Shown: positions 9,272 through 20,794 of the stretch, one piece after another
Layout: every line of letters starts with the position of its first letter
How positions within the stretch are numbered: position 1 is the first letter of the stretch
Assembly (NCBI GenBank): GCA_040756235.1
Contig: JBFLZG010000048.1
Coordinates: forward strand, 1-46,120
Source: a bacterium
GTDB lineage: Bacteria > Desulfobacterota > DSWW01
Direction: 5' to 3'
DNA: 46,120 bases
Made by a program: the position numbers and the translations under genes
Notes under the pieces: generated by a model
What the model was told of the DNA's origin: nothing
The model's database searches: none
What the model saw: the letters and a program-made list of their open reading frames with translations, nothing else

Positions 9272-10075
9272 TCAGAAGAGAAGGATGCCTGCGTAGCCCA
9301 CCACGTTCGATCGGTCCCCCGTCACATCGGCGGAGGTCGAGTAGCGAACCAGCGTGGCGTGTTTGGCTCCCAACTCCTTGCAGGCGCAAAGAACGACCGT
9401 GGTCGGCACGGTTCCGCACATCGTGATGTCCTTCTCTTGAACGATCTCGTACAATCCGCGAGGGTCGAGATCGAGGATCTTGCGGATGGCGAAGTCGTCC
9501 CGTTCCCTCGCCACGTGCTCGGGCTCGAAATGGGTCATATCCGTGCTCGCCACGAGCAGCACGTCTTCCCCGGACGAGCGTATCGTCCTGGCGATCCCTT
9601 CGCCCAGGATTTCGCATTCCGCGTAATCGAGGTGTTGCAGGCAGATGGGCACCAGGCAGACTCTGTCGTTCCGGTACTGAAGGAAAGGGAGCTGAAGCTC
9701 GAGGGAATGCTCCTTCAGGTGGGCCGTGATGTCCTCCTGAACCAGGGGTGTATTCTTCAGGAGATCTCGACAGAAGTCGGAGCGGATCGGGACCAGACCC
9801 AGCGGGGTTTGCCACTGTCCCGAGGACATGAGGGCAACCCGGGGTCCGATGCCCCGGTGATTGACGCAGCATACCGCGGCCAGGTCGGGCACCCGGATTC
9901 TCGCGTACGTTGCGCCTGCGACCGCACCGGAATAGATGTAGCCGGCGTGTGGGGCGATCACTCCGAAGACCGGCTGGTCCGAAAGCGCGCTCCCCACGTA
10001 GGTCTGCAGTGCAGAGCGCAGCCTGTCGGGCGTACCCGGATACCAGTCATGAGCGAATCGGGGCTCTCGGATCAT
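9272..10075 (-). CDS. amrB: AmmeMemoRadiSam system protein B (MEMO1 family)
   Basis: APHAGYIYSG, EHSLELQLPFLQ, ASTDMTHF, TMCG and VVGYAG. Confidence 0.92.
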   Translation of the reverse strand: MIREPRFAHDWYPGTPDRLRSALQTYVGSALSDQPVFGVIAPHAGYIYSGAVAGATYARIRVPDLAAVCCVNHRGIGPRVALMSSGQWQTPLGLVPIRSDFCRDLLKNTPLVQEDITAHLKEHSLELQLPFLQYRNDRVCLVPICLQHLDYAECEILGEGIARTIRSSGEDVLLVASTDMTHFEPEHVARERDDFAIRKILDLDPRGLYEIVQEKDITMCGTVPTTVVLCACKELGAKHATLVRYSTSADVTGDRSNVVGYAGILLF

Positions 10076-10116
10076 GAGCGTTACCAGCCGGAAGTGAGGG
10101 GCTCCCCTCTGGAAGC

Positions 10117-10187
10117 AGTATCGGCAGCCTGGAAAATCACGTCAAGTCTTTGAATGGCTTGCAAAAGTAGTGGAAAGAACATAGTAT
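10117..10187. promoter_or_regulatory. Divergent sigma70-like promoters (yceD operon on +, amrB on -)
   Basis: Plus strand TTGCAA(10159)-17 nt-TAGTAT(10182); minus strand TTGACG(10145)-17 nt-GATACT. Confidence 0.5.
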
Positions 10188-10211
10188 GTTCTATTTAGCG
10201 AAGGGTAGGTC

Positions 10212-10733
10212 ATGAGAATCTGCGTATCCGAAATCCCGGAAGGGGGCCTGACCGTTACGGTAGACGGAGCCGGCCTGGACCGGGAAGCCCTGAAGGGCCT
10301 CGAGTTCGAGACTCTCCCGGAAGGAGATGCACGGATCGGCAGGGTGGGTCGCAACGTTTTTGTGAGGGGTCGCGTCCGGACCACCCTGCGGCTCGAGTGC
10401 AGCCGCTGCCTGGAGCGGATCGGCCACGAGCTGGATCTGAGTTTCAGCCACACCCTGCGCCCCCATGACGGGAAGGTCGTTTCCGCGAACGAGCTGGAGC
10501 TTCAGGCCGAGGACCTGGAGTGCGGTACCTACGAGGAAGACGCTTTCGAGCTCAACCGGATCATCGAGGAACAGATCGTGCTCGCCGTTCCCATGAAAGC
10601 TCTGTGCTTCGACGAATGCAAGGGACTCTGTCCGAAGTGCGGAGCCAATCTCAACGAATCCCTCTGCCGCTGTCCTCGGAACGGTCATTCCTCACCCTTT
10701 GGAAAGTTAAAGGAAATTGTATTTGATAAGTGA
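10212..10733 (+). CDS. yceD: DUF177/YceD family protein
   Basis: CSRCL and LCFDECKGLCPKCGANLN..CRC; lies directly upstream of rpmF. Confidence 0.9.
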   Translation: MRICVSEIPEGGLTVTVDGAGLDREALKGLEFETLPEGDARIGRVGRNVFVRGRVRTTLRLECSRCLERIGHELDLSFSHTLRPHDGKVVSANELELQAEDLECGTYEEDAFELNRIIEEQIVLAVPMKALCFDECKGLCPKCGANLNESLCRCPRNGHSSPFGKLKEIVFDK

Positions 10734-10763
10734 TAAATCCTAGAGTTAACGAGAGGAAACGGC

Positions 10764-10940
10764 ATGGCAGTTCCCAAGAAAAGGACCTCGAGAACACGGC
10801 GAGACAAGAGACGCTCTCACGACGCTCTGGTGCCCCCCACTCTTGTTCCCTGCCCCCAGTGCAACGAACCTCGCAGACCCCACCATGTATGCCCTCACTG
10901 CGGCTTTTACAAAAAGGAAGGGGTGATCGAGGTCAAATAG
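10764..10940 (+). CDS. rpmF: 50S ribosomal protein L32 (Zn-binding type; absent from ORF track)
   Basis: Manual translation MAVPKKRTSRTRRDKRRSHDAL...CPQCNEPRRPHHVCPHCGFYK; GAGG RBS. Confidence 0.95.
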   Translation: MAVPKKRTSRTRRDKRRSHDALVPPTLVPCPQCNEPRRPHHVCPHCGFYKKEGVIEVK

Positions 10941-10962
10941 ATCCCTGCGACTGGGGTGAGGA

Positions 10963-11898
10963 ATGAAAACCGCCCTGCTGTTTCCCGGCCAGGGTTCTCA
11001 GTACGTGGGAATGGGCCGGTCCCTATGGGAACATTCCCACGCTGTCAGGGATCTTTTCCGAACCGCCTCCGCCGTGCTGGGCTTTGACCTTTGTACGCTG
11101 TGCTTCGAGGGGCCCGAGGAGCGCCTCAACTCTACCCGCTACACGCAGCCAGCGGTCTTCATCGTCAGCGTGGCAGCGCATCGGGCGGCTTGCGAAGCGT
11201 CCCCGTTGTCGGCCGCTCTGGTGGCAGGACACAGCCTCGGAGAGTACGCCGCTCTGGTGGCGGCCGGCAGTCTCACGTTCGAGGACGGATTGGACTTGGT
11301 CCGCGAGCGCGCCGCCCTGATGGACGAGGCTGCGGGGCGGGGGGCAGGCGGCATGGTCGCGGTCATCGGGCTGCCGCGCACGGAGGTGGAGCAGATCTGT
11401 TGCAATATCGCCGATACGATCGGCATTCTGGTTGCGGCCAACTACAATGCACCCAACCAGCTCGTGATTTCGGGGGAGGAGCGAGCGCTGGAAACAGCCT
11501 CCGAAGAGGCGAGGGGGAAAGGCGCCAAGACGATCCGGCTTTCGGTGAGCGCCCCGTTTCACACGCCCCTGATGACAGCGGCTTCCGAGAGATTTTCCAG
11601 GGTCCTCGACCGGACCCCTATGCGGTGTCCGGATCCGCCTTGGGTCTCCAACGTGACCGCTCAGCCGGTGCACACTGCGGAGGAGTGCCGTCGCCTGCTG
11701 GCCGTGCAGGTCTGTGCTCCGGTGCGCTGGGAAGACTCCGTGCGCTCGATGCTGAGCGCAGGCATCGAGCAGTTCATCGAGCTGGGGCCGGGCAAAGTGC
11801 TCAAGGGACTCTGCAGACGCATCGACCGTACGGCCCGATGCGACTCGGTGGATACCCTGGAAGACCTGGAAGGGTTGCGTGCCCGGTCCGCGCAATGA
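10963..11898 (+). CDS. fabD: Malonyl-CoA:ACP transacylase
   Basis: LFPGQGSQ, TQPA, GHSLGEY, SAPFHT and ELGPGKVL. Confidence 0.95.
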   Translation: MKTALLFPGQGSQYVGMGRSLWEHSHAVRDLFRTASAVLGFDLCTLCFEGPEERLNSTRYTQPAVFIVSVAAHRAACEASPLSAALVAGHSLGEYAALVAAGSLTFEDGLDLVRERAALMDEAAGRGAGGMVAVIGLPRTEVEQICCNIADTIGILVAANYNAPNQLVISGEERALETASEEARGKGAKTIRLSVSAPFHTPLMTAASERFSRVLDRTPMRCPDPPWVSNVTAQPVHTAEECRRLLAVQVCAPVRWEDSVRSMLSAGIEQFIELGPGKVLKGLCRRIDRTARCDSVDTLEDLEGLRARSAQ

Positions 11899-11937
11899 AA
11901 GCCTGTTCTCCGGCCCCGAGAAGCCCGGCACGTTGGG

Positions 11938-13142
<1,205 letters not shown>

Positions 13143-13282
13143 AGAGCAGGGCCCATTCGGCCCCGCCCCCCTTGCGGCAGGGTGTCATAAAGCACCCTGC
13201 GGAGAGGCTGGTGAGAAATGGCCGGATGCCGGCGCGCCACGCCGCGGATGGCCGTTATCGGCAGCCTTACGGAGGATGAGCC

Positions 13283-13771
13283 ATGAGCAGGCGGTTTGCC
13301 CTCGCGTCGGACCACGCGGGATTGCGGGTCAAGGAGGAGGCCAAGGCGATCCTCTGCGGGATGGGGCATCAGGTGCTCGACTTCGGGACCGATTCCGAAG
13401 CCTCGGTCGACTACCCGGACTACGCGCGCAAGGCGGTGGAAGCCGTGCTCGGCGGCCGTGCGGAGCAGGCCGTTCTGGTGTGCGGGTCCGGCGTGGGCAT
13501 GAGCATTGTAGCCAACAAGTTCCCGGGCATCCGGGCGGCGCTGGTCGCCGAGCCGCGAGCGGCCGAGATGTGCCGGAAGCACAACGATGCGAACGTGCTC
13601 GTCCTGCCCGGCTGGAGGCTCGAGCGCGCGGAGGTCGCGGCGATCCTGGAGGCCTGGCTGCGGGCCGAGTTCGAAGGAGGCCGCCACCAGCGCCGGGTCG
13701 AAAAGATCGGCGCGATCGAGAGAGAAGTGCGGCAGGCGACCGCAGGCAGCCCCCGGTCGGAGGAGCGTTAG
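13283..13771 (+). CDS. rpiB: Ribose 5-phosphate isomerase B
   Basis: SDHAG, DYPD, CGSGVGM, HNDANVL and [10 protein letters not shown]. Confidence 0.93.
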   Translation: MSRRFALASDHAGLRVKEEAKAILCGMGHQVLDFGTDSEASVDYPDYARKAVEAVLGGRAEQAVLVCGSGVGMSIVANKFPGIRAALVAEPRAAEMCRKHNDANVLVLPGWRLERAEVAAILEAWLRAEFEGGRHQRRVEKIGAIEREVRQATAGSPRSEER

Positions 13772-13778
13772 GAAGAAC

Positions 13779-14288
13779 ATGAGGGCAATCCCCCCGAGAA
13801 AGCGGCCCGACTGGAAGACCTACTTCCTGCAGATCGCACGGCTCGCCTCGACCCGCTCGACCTGCCTGCGCAGGCAGGTCGGCGCCGTCCTGGTCAGGGA
13901 CAAGAAGATCCTGGCCACCGGCTACAACGGAGCGCCTTCAGGCGTCGCCCACTGCCTGGACATCGGGTGCCTGCGGGAAAAGGAAGGGATCCCGTCCGGA
14001 GAGAGGCACGAGCTGTGCCGCGGACTGCACGCCGAGCAGAATGCCATCATCCAGGCTGCGGTTCACGGCATCGTCATTCAGGACGCCACGCTCTTCTGCA
14101 CCAATTTCCCCTGCGTCATCTGCAGCAAGATGCTCATCAACTCGGGCATCCGGGCCATATACTACATGGACGGCTATCCGGACCCGCTGTCGGAGCAGAT
14201 GTTGAGGGAAGCCGGAATGGAAATCCAGCAGGTGGAGGCGGAGGAGGGGGCCGGCACGAAAACCTTCCCGGAGGCAGACCGCTCTTGA
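13779..14288 (+). CDS. dCMP deaminase (ComEB family)
   Basis: [23 protein letters not shown] and PCVIC; start placed at MRAIPP. Confidence 0.9.
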   Translation: MRAIPPRKRPDWKTYFLQIARLASTRSTCLRRQVGAVLVRDKKILATGYNGAPSGVAHCLDIGCLREKEGIPSGERHELCRGLHAEQNAIIQAAVHGIVIQDATLFCTNFPCVICSKMLINSGIRAIYYMDGYPDPLSEQMLREAGMEIQQVEAEEGAGTKTFPEADRS

Positions 14289-14755
14289 AGTGCCCGTTTT
14301 GCGCGTCCCTGCAGAACAGAGTCATCGACTCGCGGCTCAGCAAGGATCACAACGTGATCCGGAGACGCCGGGAGTGTCTCGGCTGCACCAAGCGCTTCAC
14401 GACCTACGAACGGATCGAGGAAGTCCTCCCCCTCGTGATCAAGAGAGACGGGCGGCGGGAGCCTTTCGATCGTGCCAAGATCATCTCCGGGATGAAGAGG
14501 GCGTGCGAGAAGCGCCCCATCAGCATCAACACGATCGAGCGTGCCGTGGAGAAGATCGAGCAGAGCTTCCAGGAGAAGGGCGAGAAGGAAATCCCGAGCG
14601 AGCGGATCGGCGAGAGGGTCATGGAGGAGCTGCACCAGATCGACGAAGTGGCGTACGTGCGTTTCGCCTCCGTGTATCGGCACTTCAAGGACGTGACCGA
14701 CTTCATGAACGAAGTGAGCAAGTTCATCAAGGGGAGTCCCCGCGAAGATGGATGA
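14285..14755 (+). CDS. nrdR: Transcriptional repressor NrdR
   Basis: TTG start; [23 protein letters not shown]-cone region and [10 protein letters not shown]. Confidence 0.95.
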   Translation: MKCPFCASLQNRVIDSRLSKDHNVIRRRRECLGCTKRFTTYERIEEVLPLVIKRDGRREPFDRAKIISGMKRACEKRPISINTIERAVEKIEQSFQEKGEKEIPSERIGERVMEELHQIDEVAYVRFASVYRHFKDVTDFMNEVSKFIKGSPREDG

Positions 14756-15926
14756 GGCGCTCTCTTCCGGCTCCGACGATGAGCGGCTCATGGCCCTCGC
14801 CTGCCGGCTCGCCCTGCGGGGGAAGGGCAAGACCAGGCCGAACCCGCTGGTCGGGGCAGTCCTGGTCAAGGATGGCGGCCTCATCGGCACCGGCTACCAC
14901 AAGGGGCCGGGTTTGCCCCACGCCGAGGTCATCGCCATCCGGAACGCCACCGAGCGACCCGAGGGATCGACCCTGTACGTGAACCTGGAGCCGTGTGCGC
15001 ACTTCGGCCGGACTCCGCCCTGTGTGGATCTGATCCTGGCCAGCTCGATCCGCAGGGTGGTCATCGGGACTCTGGATCCCAACCCGAAGGTAAACGGAAA
15101 GAGCATGGGGATGCTCCGGGACCATGGGGTGGAGGTGACCTGCGGGGTCAGGGAAGCCGCCTGCCGACGGTTGAACGAGGTGTTCTTCAAGTTCATCGAG
15201 ACCTCGAGCCCCTTCGTGACGCTCAAGGCCGCCGTGAGCCTGGACGGCAAGATCGCTTCCTGGAGCGGCCGCTCCAAATGGATCTCCTGCGAGGCCTCCC
15301 GCAAGCGGGTGCATCGCCTCCGCTCGGAGGCGGACGCCATCCTGGTCGGAATCGGCACGGTTCTGCAGGACGATCCGGCCCTGACGGTACGGGGCGTGCC
15401 GGGACGTGCGAAGCCGCTGCGGGTGGTGCTCGATTCGCGGCTGCGGATCCCTCTGGAGGCCAGGGTCCTCGGACCGGAAGCGCCGACGCTCGTAGCGACG
15501 ACCGAGCAGGCCCCCGCTGAAAAGGTCCGTCTTCTCCGGGACAGGGGAATCGGCGTGGAGGTCTTCGCACCCGACCGCAAGGGCCGGGTCCCGCTGGCCG
15601 CCCTGCTGTCTCGGCTGGGGCAGCGCGAGGTGCAGCATTTGCTCATCGAAGGGGGCGGAGAAGTCCACACCGCGGCGCTGGAAGAGAAGGTCGCGGACAA
15701 ACTGATGCTCTTCGTGGCGCCTCTGCTCCTGGGCGGGAGAGAGGCCCCGAGCTTTTTTTCCGGGCAGGGAGCGGACGATCCCGCTCGGGCGTATGCGGTG
15801 CGGGAAATGCGGGCCCTGAAATCGGACCGGGACATTTTGCTCGAAGGTTATCTCGGGCCTGTCCCAACCCGCCCGATTCGAGAGGCTGTTTCGGGATGCC
15901 CGGGGGTGAGGCAGGCGAAGCCCTGA
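14748..15926 (+). CDS. ribD: Riboflavin biosynthesis deaminase/reductase
   Basis: PNPLVGAV, HAEV, LEPCAHFGRTPPC, SLDGKIA and IEGGG. Confidence 0.95.
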   Translation: MDEALSSGSDDERLMALACRLALRGKGKTRPNPLVGAVLVKDGGLIGTGYHKGPGLPHAEVIAIRNATERPEGSTLYVNLEPCAHFGRTPPCVDLILASSIRRVVIGTLDPNPKVNGKSMGMLRDHGVEVTCGVREAACRRLNEVFFKFIETSSPFVTLKAAVSLDGKIASWSGRSKWISCEASRKRVHRLRSEADAILVGIGTVLQDDPALTVRGVPGRAKPLRVVLDSRLRIPLEARVLGPEAPTLVATTEQAPAEKVRLLRDRGIGVEVFAPDRKGRVPLAALLSRLGQREVQHLLIEGGGEVHTAALEEKVADKLMLFVAPLLLGGREAPSFFSGQGADDPARAYAVREMRALKSDRDILLEGYLGPVPTRPIREAVSGCPGVRQAKP

Positions 15927-15982
15927 GGAGTTGACGGGCTGGCGCCGGGAAGTTGAAGATCGCTCCGACGCGGATGGAGAAG

Positions 15983-16654
15983 ATGTTCACGGGCCTTGTG
16001 GAATGCACTGCGCAGATCCGGGCGCTTCGGCCGGGCAGGGGGATCCGCTCGATCAGCCTGGAAGTTCCCTTGGACTTGTCGGAGTCCCGGATCGGAGACA
16101 GTTTCTGCATCCAGGGCGCCTGTCTGACAGCCGTCGAGCTTTCGGCCCATGCGCTCACCGTGGAAGTCTCGCAGGAGACGCTGACGCGGACGACCCTGGG
16201 CGCACTGCGAGCGGGGAGGCGGGTGAATTTCGAAAGGTCCCTGCGTCTTTCCGACCGGCTCGGTGGCCATCTGGTCATGGGACACGTGGACGGAACCGGC
16301 TCCGTGATCGGCAGGGACAACGAAGGGGCGGGCGTGTGCTTTCGCATCCGGACCGAGCCCGCCGTCTCGCGTTATCTGGTGGAGAAGGGCTCGATCTGCG
16401 TGGATGGCGTCTCCCTGACGCTCGGGGTCTGCGAAGGCGACGTCTTCGCGGTGCACCTGATCCCCCACACGCTGAAGGGGACGACGCTCGAGCTCCTGCA
16501 GGTGAGGGACCGCGTGAATCTCGAGGCCGACCTGATCGGTAAGTACGTCGAACGCATGTTGGGCAGGTACGGGGTGGGGCCCGGCCCGCAGCAGGGGATC
16601 AGCAAGGATCTTCTCGCCAGGCACGGCTTCTACGAGCCCGAAGAGAGCTCATAA
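15983..16654 (+). CDS. ribE: Riboflavin synthase alpha chain
   Basis: MFTGLVE, GACLT, GGHLVMGHVD, KGSICVDGVSLT and VNLEAD. Confidence 0.93.
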   Translation: MFTGLVECTAQIRALRPGRGIRSISLEVPLDLSESRIGDSFCIQGACLTAVELSAHALTVEVSQETLTRTTLGALRAGRRVNFERSLRLSDRLGGHLVMGHVDGTGSVIGRDNEGAGVCFRIRTEPAVSRYLVEKGSICVDGVSLTLGVCEGDVFAVHLIPHTLKGTTLELLQVRDRVNLEADLIGKYVERMLGRYGVGPGPQQGISKDLLARHGFYEPEESS

Positions 16655-16666
16655 GGGAGGTTCGAA

Positions 16667-17134
16667 ATGGCCAAGATTCGGGAAGGCAACCTCAACGCCA
16701 AAGGGTTCCGTTTCGGGCTGATCGTCAGCCGCTTCAACCACTTCATCACCGAAAGGTTGACAGACGGGGCTCTGGACGCGCTCCGCAGGCACGGCGCCGA
16801 GGAGGACGATCTGGAGATCGTGAAGGTGCCTGGATCGTGGGAAATCCCGCTGCTGGCCAAGCAGATGGCTTCCTCGGGGGACTACGATGCAGTCATCTGC
16901 CTGGGCACGTTGATCCGTGGAGGAACCATCCATTTCGATATCCTCAGCGCCGAAGTGACCAAGGGGCTCGCCAACGTCATGCTGGATACCGGAGTTCCGA
17001 TCACCTTCGGCGTCATCACCACGGACACCCTGGAGCAGGCGATCGAGCGGGCCGGAACGAAGATGGGAAACAAGGGATGGCAGGCGGCCGAGGCCGCCAT
17101 CGAAATGGTCAACCTCGTCAGGTCGAATCCTTGA
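16667..17134 (+). CDS. ribH: 6,7-dimethyl-8-ribityllumazine synthase
   Basis: [20 protein letters not shown] and GNKG. Confidence 0.96.
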   Translation: MAKIREGNLNAKGFRFGLIVSRFNHFITERLTDGALDALRRHGAEEDDLEIVKVPGSWEIPLLAKQMASSGDYDAVICLGTLIRGGTIHFDILSAEVTKGLANVMLDTGVPITFGVITTDTLEQAIERAGTKMGNKGWQAAEAAIEMVNLVRSNP

Positions 17135-17176
17135 GGAAGATGGCTGACCGCGATCCGCTAGCGAGGTCCTTTCCCG

Positions 17177-17581
17177 ATGGGAGCGCGCAGAAAAGCCCGT
17201 GAGATGGTGCTGCAAGGCCTCTACACGGCCGACCTGCTCAACGGCTGGGAGCAGGATCCGGACGAGCTCTTGATCGAGGAGCCCGGGTCGGCGCAGAGCC
17301 TCCCGTTTGCGCGGAGCCTTCTGGAAGGGGTCTTGCAGAACCGGAGTGATCTCGACCGCAGGATCGAGGATTGCGCGAGCCACTGGAAGTTGCAGCGGAT
17401 GAACATCGTGGACCGCAACATCCTGAGGTTGGGCGCGTTCGAGCTTCTCCACCGCGACGACATCCCGACCCGAGTCAGCATCAACGAGGCGGTGGAGCTG
17501 GCGAAGGTCTATGGAGACCGGGAAACGGCCGCATTCCTGAACGGCGTCCTGGATCGAATCGCCAGGACTGTTCGGGGCTAG
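17177..17581 (+). CDS. nusB: Transcription antitermination factor NusB
   Basis: RRKARE, DRNILRL, INEAVELAK and FLNGVLD. Confidence 0.95.
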   Translation: MGARRKAREMVLQGLYTADLLNGWEQDPDELLIEEPGSAQSLPFARSLLEGVLQNRSDLDRRIEDCASHWKLQRMNIVDRNILRLGAFELLHRDDIPTRVSINEAVELAKVYGDRETAAFLNGVLDRIARTVRG

Positions 17582-17676
17582 CAGGGTTGCGGGCGACGCC
17601 ATCCTCCGACACCTTGGTGCAGCGGCCTGCGGTAACCGGAGCGCTCCTCGACGCTGACCAGGCAATCTGGACAGGA

Positions 17677-17704
17677 GTAGGGGCGAAAGATTTTTCGCCC
17701 CTAC
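17677..17704. repeat. GTAG-type REP palindrome
   Basis: GTAGGGGCGAAA-GATT-TTTCGCCCCTAC, with perfect 12-bp arms. Confidence 0.75.
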
Positions 17705-17765
17705 ATGATCTTGCTTGTGGACCTTTTTGAACGGCCTGCGCATTCTTGACTTCCAGGGATAAGCG

Positions 17766-18560
17766 ATGGCGCGCTGGTTGATTGCAGCAGCAGTGGACCT
17801 GGAAATCCGCATCCTGCGGGCTCAGCTCGCCGCAGCCGTGCCCGAGAGGATGGAGAAGGGCCGGGCGTGGTCAGGGACTTGGAAAGGGCGCCCGGTTCTG
17901 CTGGTGACCACGGGCATCGGGCCCGAGCGGGCGCGCCGCACGCTCGGGCCGCTGTTGCGGGAGGGGGGGCTCGAGGGCGTCTGCTCGGTAGGGTACGCGG
18001 GCGGTTTGCTCGAGGAGATCAAGGTCGGGGACCTGCTCGTCCCCGAGGAGATCCTGGTGAGCTCGGTCCCGCAGGAAAGGCGCTTCCGCCCCGACGCGGC
18101 GCTCTATCGGCGCGCCTTGAGGACCGCGCTGCAGCGAGGTTGGGCTTGTCACACGGGCCGCATGGTCACGGTCGACCACGTGGTGGCTTCCGAGCGCGAG
18201 AAGCGCGACCTCGGCGAGGTCTGGCGGGCAGCCAGCGTGGAGATGGAAAGCGGCGTGGTCGCGGAGCTGGCGGCTGAGGCGGCCGTGCCCTTTCTGACGG
18301 TGCGAGTGGCCCTGGATACGGTCGGCTTCTGTCTCCCGGACGTGTCCGGCTTCCTCCGCTTCTGGAAGCAGAAGCAGTGGAAGGAGCTGGCCGCTCACGG
18401 TGCCGGGCAGCCGGGCCAGCTCCTCGCACTGGCCCGGGTCATGTGGTACTGCCGGATCGGTTCCATCCGGCTGGCCCGGTTTCTGGCGGATTTTTTTGCG
18501 ACCCCCTTCGGGGCCCATGGCCATGGCGAAGACCCTGCGTCCGGACCGCCTGCAGCTTGA
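17766..18560 (+). CDS. Nucleoside phosphorylase/MTA-SAH nucleosidase fold protein (HpnG-like)
   Basis: TGIGPE, SVGYAGGL, VGDLLVP, VEMESG and VRVALD. Confidence 0.75.
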   Translation: MARWLIAAAVDLEIRILRAQLAAAVPERMEKGRAWSGTWKGRPVLLVTTGIGPERARRTLGPLLREGGLEGVCSVGYAGGLLEEIKVGDLLVPEEILVSSVPQERRFRPDAALYRRALRTALQRGWACHTGRMVTVDHVVASEREKRDLGEVWRAASVEMESGVVAELAAEAAVPFLTVRVALDTVGFCLPDVSGFLRFWKQKQWKELAAHGAGQPGQLLALARVMWYCRIGSIRLARFLADFFATPFGAHGHGEDPASGPPAA

Positions 18561-19479
18561 CGATCGGGTGGCTGCGCCCCTGAAGAGGTGCTCCCTGTGC
18601 GGCCGCCGGTGCGGTGTCGATCGGACCCGGGGAGAGCTCGGGGGGTGCGGCGAGTCGGCCGTGCTCAGGGTCGCACGCTGGCTTTCGCACATGGGCGAGG
18701 AGCCTCCCCTGAGCGGCGCCCGAGGATCCGGCACGATTTTCTTCAGCGGATGCTCGCTGCACTGCCTTTTCTGTCAGAACCACGCGATCAGCCAGCAGCA
18801 TCAGGGGGAACAGGTTTCCGTGGAAAGGCTGGTCGAGATCATGATGGAGCTGGAGGGGACGGGCAGTCACAACGTCAACCTCGTCTCTCCCACTCACTTC
18901 GTTCCCCAGGCGGCCGCTGCCATCAGAGAGGCGAGACGGCGCGGCCTGACCGTGCCGGTCGTGTACAACTCGCATGGCTACGATAGCCGGGAGGCCCTGG
19001 CTCTGCTCGACGGTCTCATTGACATCTACCTGCCGGACAGGAAATATGCCTGCAACTCGACGGCCGAGGAGTTGTCGGGCGTCCGGGGCTACCGCGAGGT
19101 CAACCGGGAGGCGCTGGCGGCCATGTTCCGCCAGGTCGGCCATTTGCAGGAGGACGCGCGCACGGGCCTTGCCGGGCGCGGCATGCTGGTGAGGATCCTC
19201 GTGCTCCCGGGCGGGCTTGCCGGGGCGAAGGAATCGCTCCTCGAGCTGCAGCGGCTGTTCACGCCTCGCCTGTCGATCAGCCTCATGGCCCAGTACACCC
19301 CGCTGCACGGAGCTGTGGACCGGCCGCCGCTCGACCGGACGGTGACCGAGGACGAGTACTGGGAGGTCGTGGATTTCGCGCAGGAGCTGGGGTTCTCCCA
19401 GCTGTGGATCCAGGAGCCCCAGGCGGCCCACGTGGGGGTGCCGGATTTCTCGTCCGAGACTCCTTTCGTATTCGACTGA
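18523..19479 (+). CDS. Radical SAM protein, PflX family
   Basis: CSLCGRRCGVDR, HMGEEPPLSG, FSGCSLHCLFCQN, NVNLVSPTH and MAQYTP. Confidence 0.88.
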   Translation: MAKTLRPDRLQLDDRVAAPLKRCSLCGRRCGVDRTRGELGGCGESAVLRVARWLSHMGEEPPLSGARGSGTIFFSGCSLHCLFCQNHAISQQHQGEQVSVERLVEIMMELEGTGSHNVNLVSPTHFVPQAAAAIREARRRGLTVPVVYNSHGYDSREALALLDGLIDIYLPDRKYACNSTAEELSGVRGYREVNREALAAMFRQVGHLQEDARTGLAGRGMLVRILVLPGGLAGAKESLLELQRLFTPRLSISLMAQYTPLHGAVDRPPLDRTVTEDEYWEVVDFAQELGFSQLWIQEPQAAHVGVPDFSSETPFVFD

Positions 19480-19523
19480 ACGCCCGGCCGGGCTGGAAGC
19501 AGCGACAAGAGGAGGCAGCCGCC

Positions 19524-20738
19524 ATGGCGATGTCGGATCAGGCGATCGTGTACCGCGGATCCGTGAAGAATGTGCGCCTGGTGCGCCCCCCTCGAGGGGC
19601 CGTGCACGGCCAGTACGTGTTCGAGTTCACGGACGATTACTCCGTGTTCGACTTCGGCAAGATGCCGGACGCCCTGCGCGGCAAGGGGAGCGCACTGGCC
19701 GCGATGAGCGCCTGTCTGTTCGAAGAGCTCGGGCGGCCGTCGTCATGGAAGAAGCTGGCCCGGCGCACGGACGTCTGGGATCGGTTCGGGGGAGACGTCT
19801 TCAAGCGTCGTTTGCTCAGGTCCCCGGCCGGCAGGGAAACACTCTCACTGGGGATGAAGACCCACTATGAAGGGATGATCGATCGCAAGGGTCGGCCGCG
19901 GAATCTCGAGGAGCTCGGGGAGCCGACGAACCGGATTCTCGTCAAGGCCGTGCCGGTCCTGCCGCCCGCTTCCGTAACCGTGGACGGCCGCCACCTGTGG
20001 GACTACAACGCGCTTCACCCAGGCGTTCCCCAGTATCTCATCCCCCTGGAGAACGTGTTCCGGTTCGGCCTGCCCGCGGGAAGCTCGCTGCTGGACAGGA
20101 TCCGCCAGAACCCGGGCTATGCGGCGGAGCTCGGGCTCGACCGGATGCCGGCCGAGGGGGACTGGCTCAGCCGGCCGGTGCTCGAGTTCTCGACCAAGCT
20201 GGAGCCCGCGGACCGATACCTGCCCCTGGAGACCGCTTTCAACTTCTGCGGGCTCGAGGGGAAACAGTTCGCGGAGCTCCTGGACCGCACCCTTCTGGTG
20301 GCGATCTTCCTGTTCGCCCTGTTTCAGGACCGCGGTCTCGACCTATGGGACGGAAAGGTCGAGTTCGTCAAGACGCGGGAGGGCATCCTGCTGGCCGACA
20401 CGATCACTCCGGACGAGCTGCGCATCACCTGCCGGGGAACGCAGATCAGCAAGGAGCCGCTCCGGCAGTTCTACAAGCAACAGGACCCGGAGTTCTTCGG
20501 GGCGGTGAAGCGGGTCAAGGCCGAAGGCCCTTCCGCCAAGGGCATCCGCGGGCGCGTGCTGAAGGCGCTCGGACGGTCTCCGCAGCGCTTGCACGAGGAC
20601 TTTCGGCGGACCATGGAGGAGATGTATCGGGCGCTCACGCACCGCGTGACCGGCTCGGATCTGTTTGCCGGTTCCGTCGACCTGGAGGAGGTCCTGGAGC
20701 GGCTCCGGCAATTCGAGAACACCGCCCGCTCCCTTTGA
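19524..20738 (+). CDS. purC: SAICAR synthetase, long form
   Basis: GSVKN, FTDDYSVFDFGKMPD..GKG, IPLE, EFSTKLE, DGKVEF, LADTITPDE and SKEPLRQFY. Confidence 0.8.
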   Translation: MAMSDQAIVYRGSVKNVRLVRPPRGAVHGQYVFEFTDDYSVFDFGKMPDALRGKGSALAAMSACLFEELGRPSSWKKLARRTDVWDRFGGDVFKRRLLRSPAGRETLSLGMKTHYEGMIDRKGRPRNLEELGEPTNRILVKAVPVLPPASVTVDGRHLWDYNALHPGVPQYLIPLENVFRFGLPAGSSLLDRIRQNPGYAAELGLDRMPAEGDWLSRPVLEFSTKLEPADRYLPLETAFNFCGLEGKQFAELLDRTLLVAIFLFALFQDRGLDLWDGKVEFVKTREGILLADTITPDELRITCRGTQISKEPLRQFYKQQDPEFFGAVKRVKAEGPSAKGIRGRVLKALGRSPQRLHEDFRRTMEEMYRALTHRVTGSDLFAGSVDLEEVLERLRQFENTARSL

Positions 20739-20794
20739 GAGGGCTTGGATGGGCGTATGGGCGGATCGAACGGGAGGGAGGAAAGTCCGTTTCC

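Noticed and set aside
14700..16000. FMN riboswitch for the rib genes
   Set aside because: ribD overlaps nrdR and the ribD-ribE gap is too short; no RFN motif seen.
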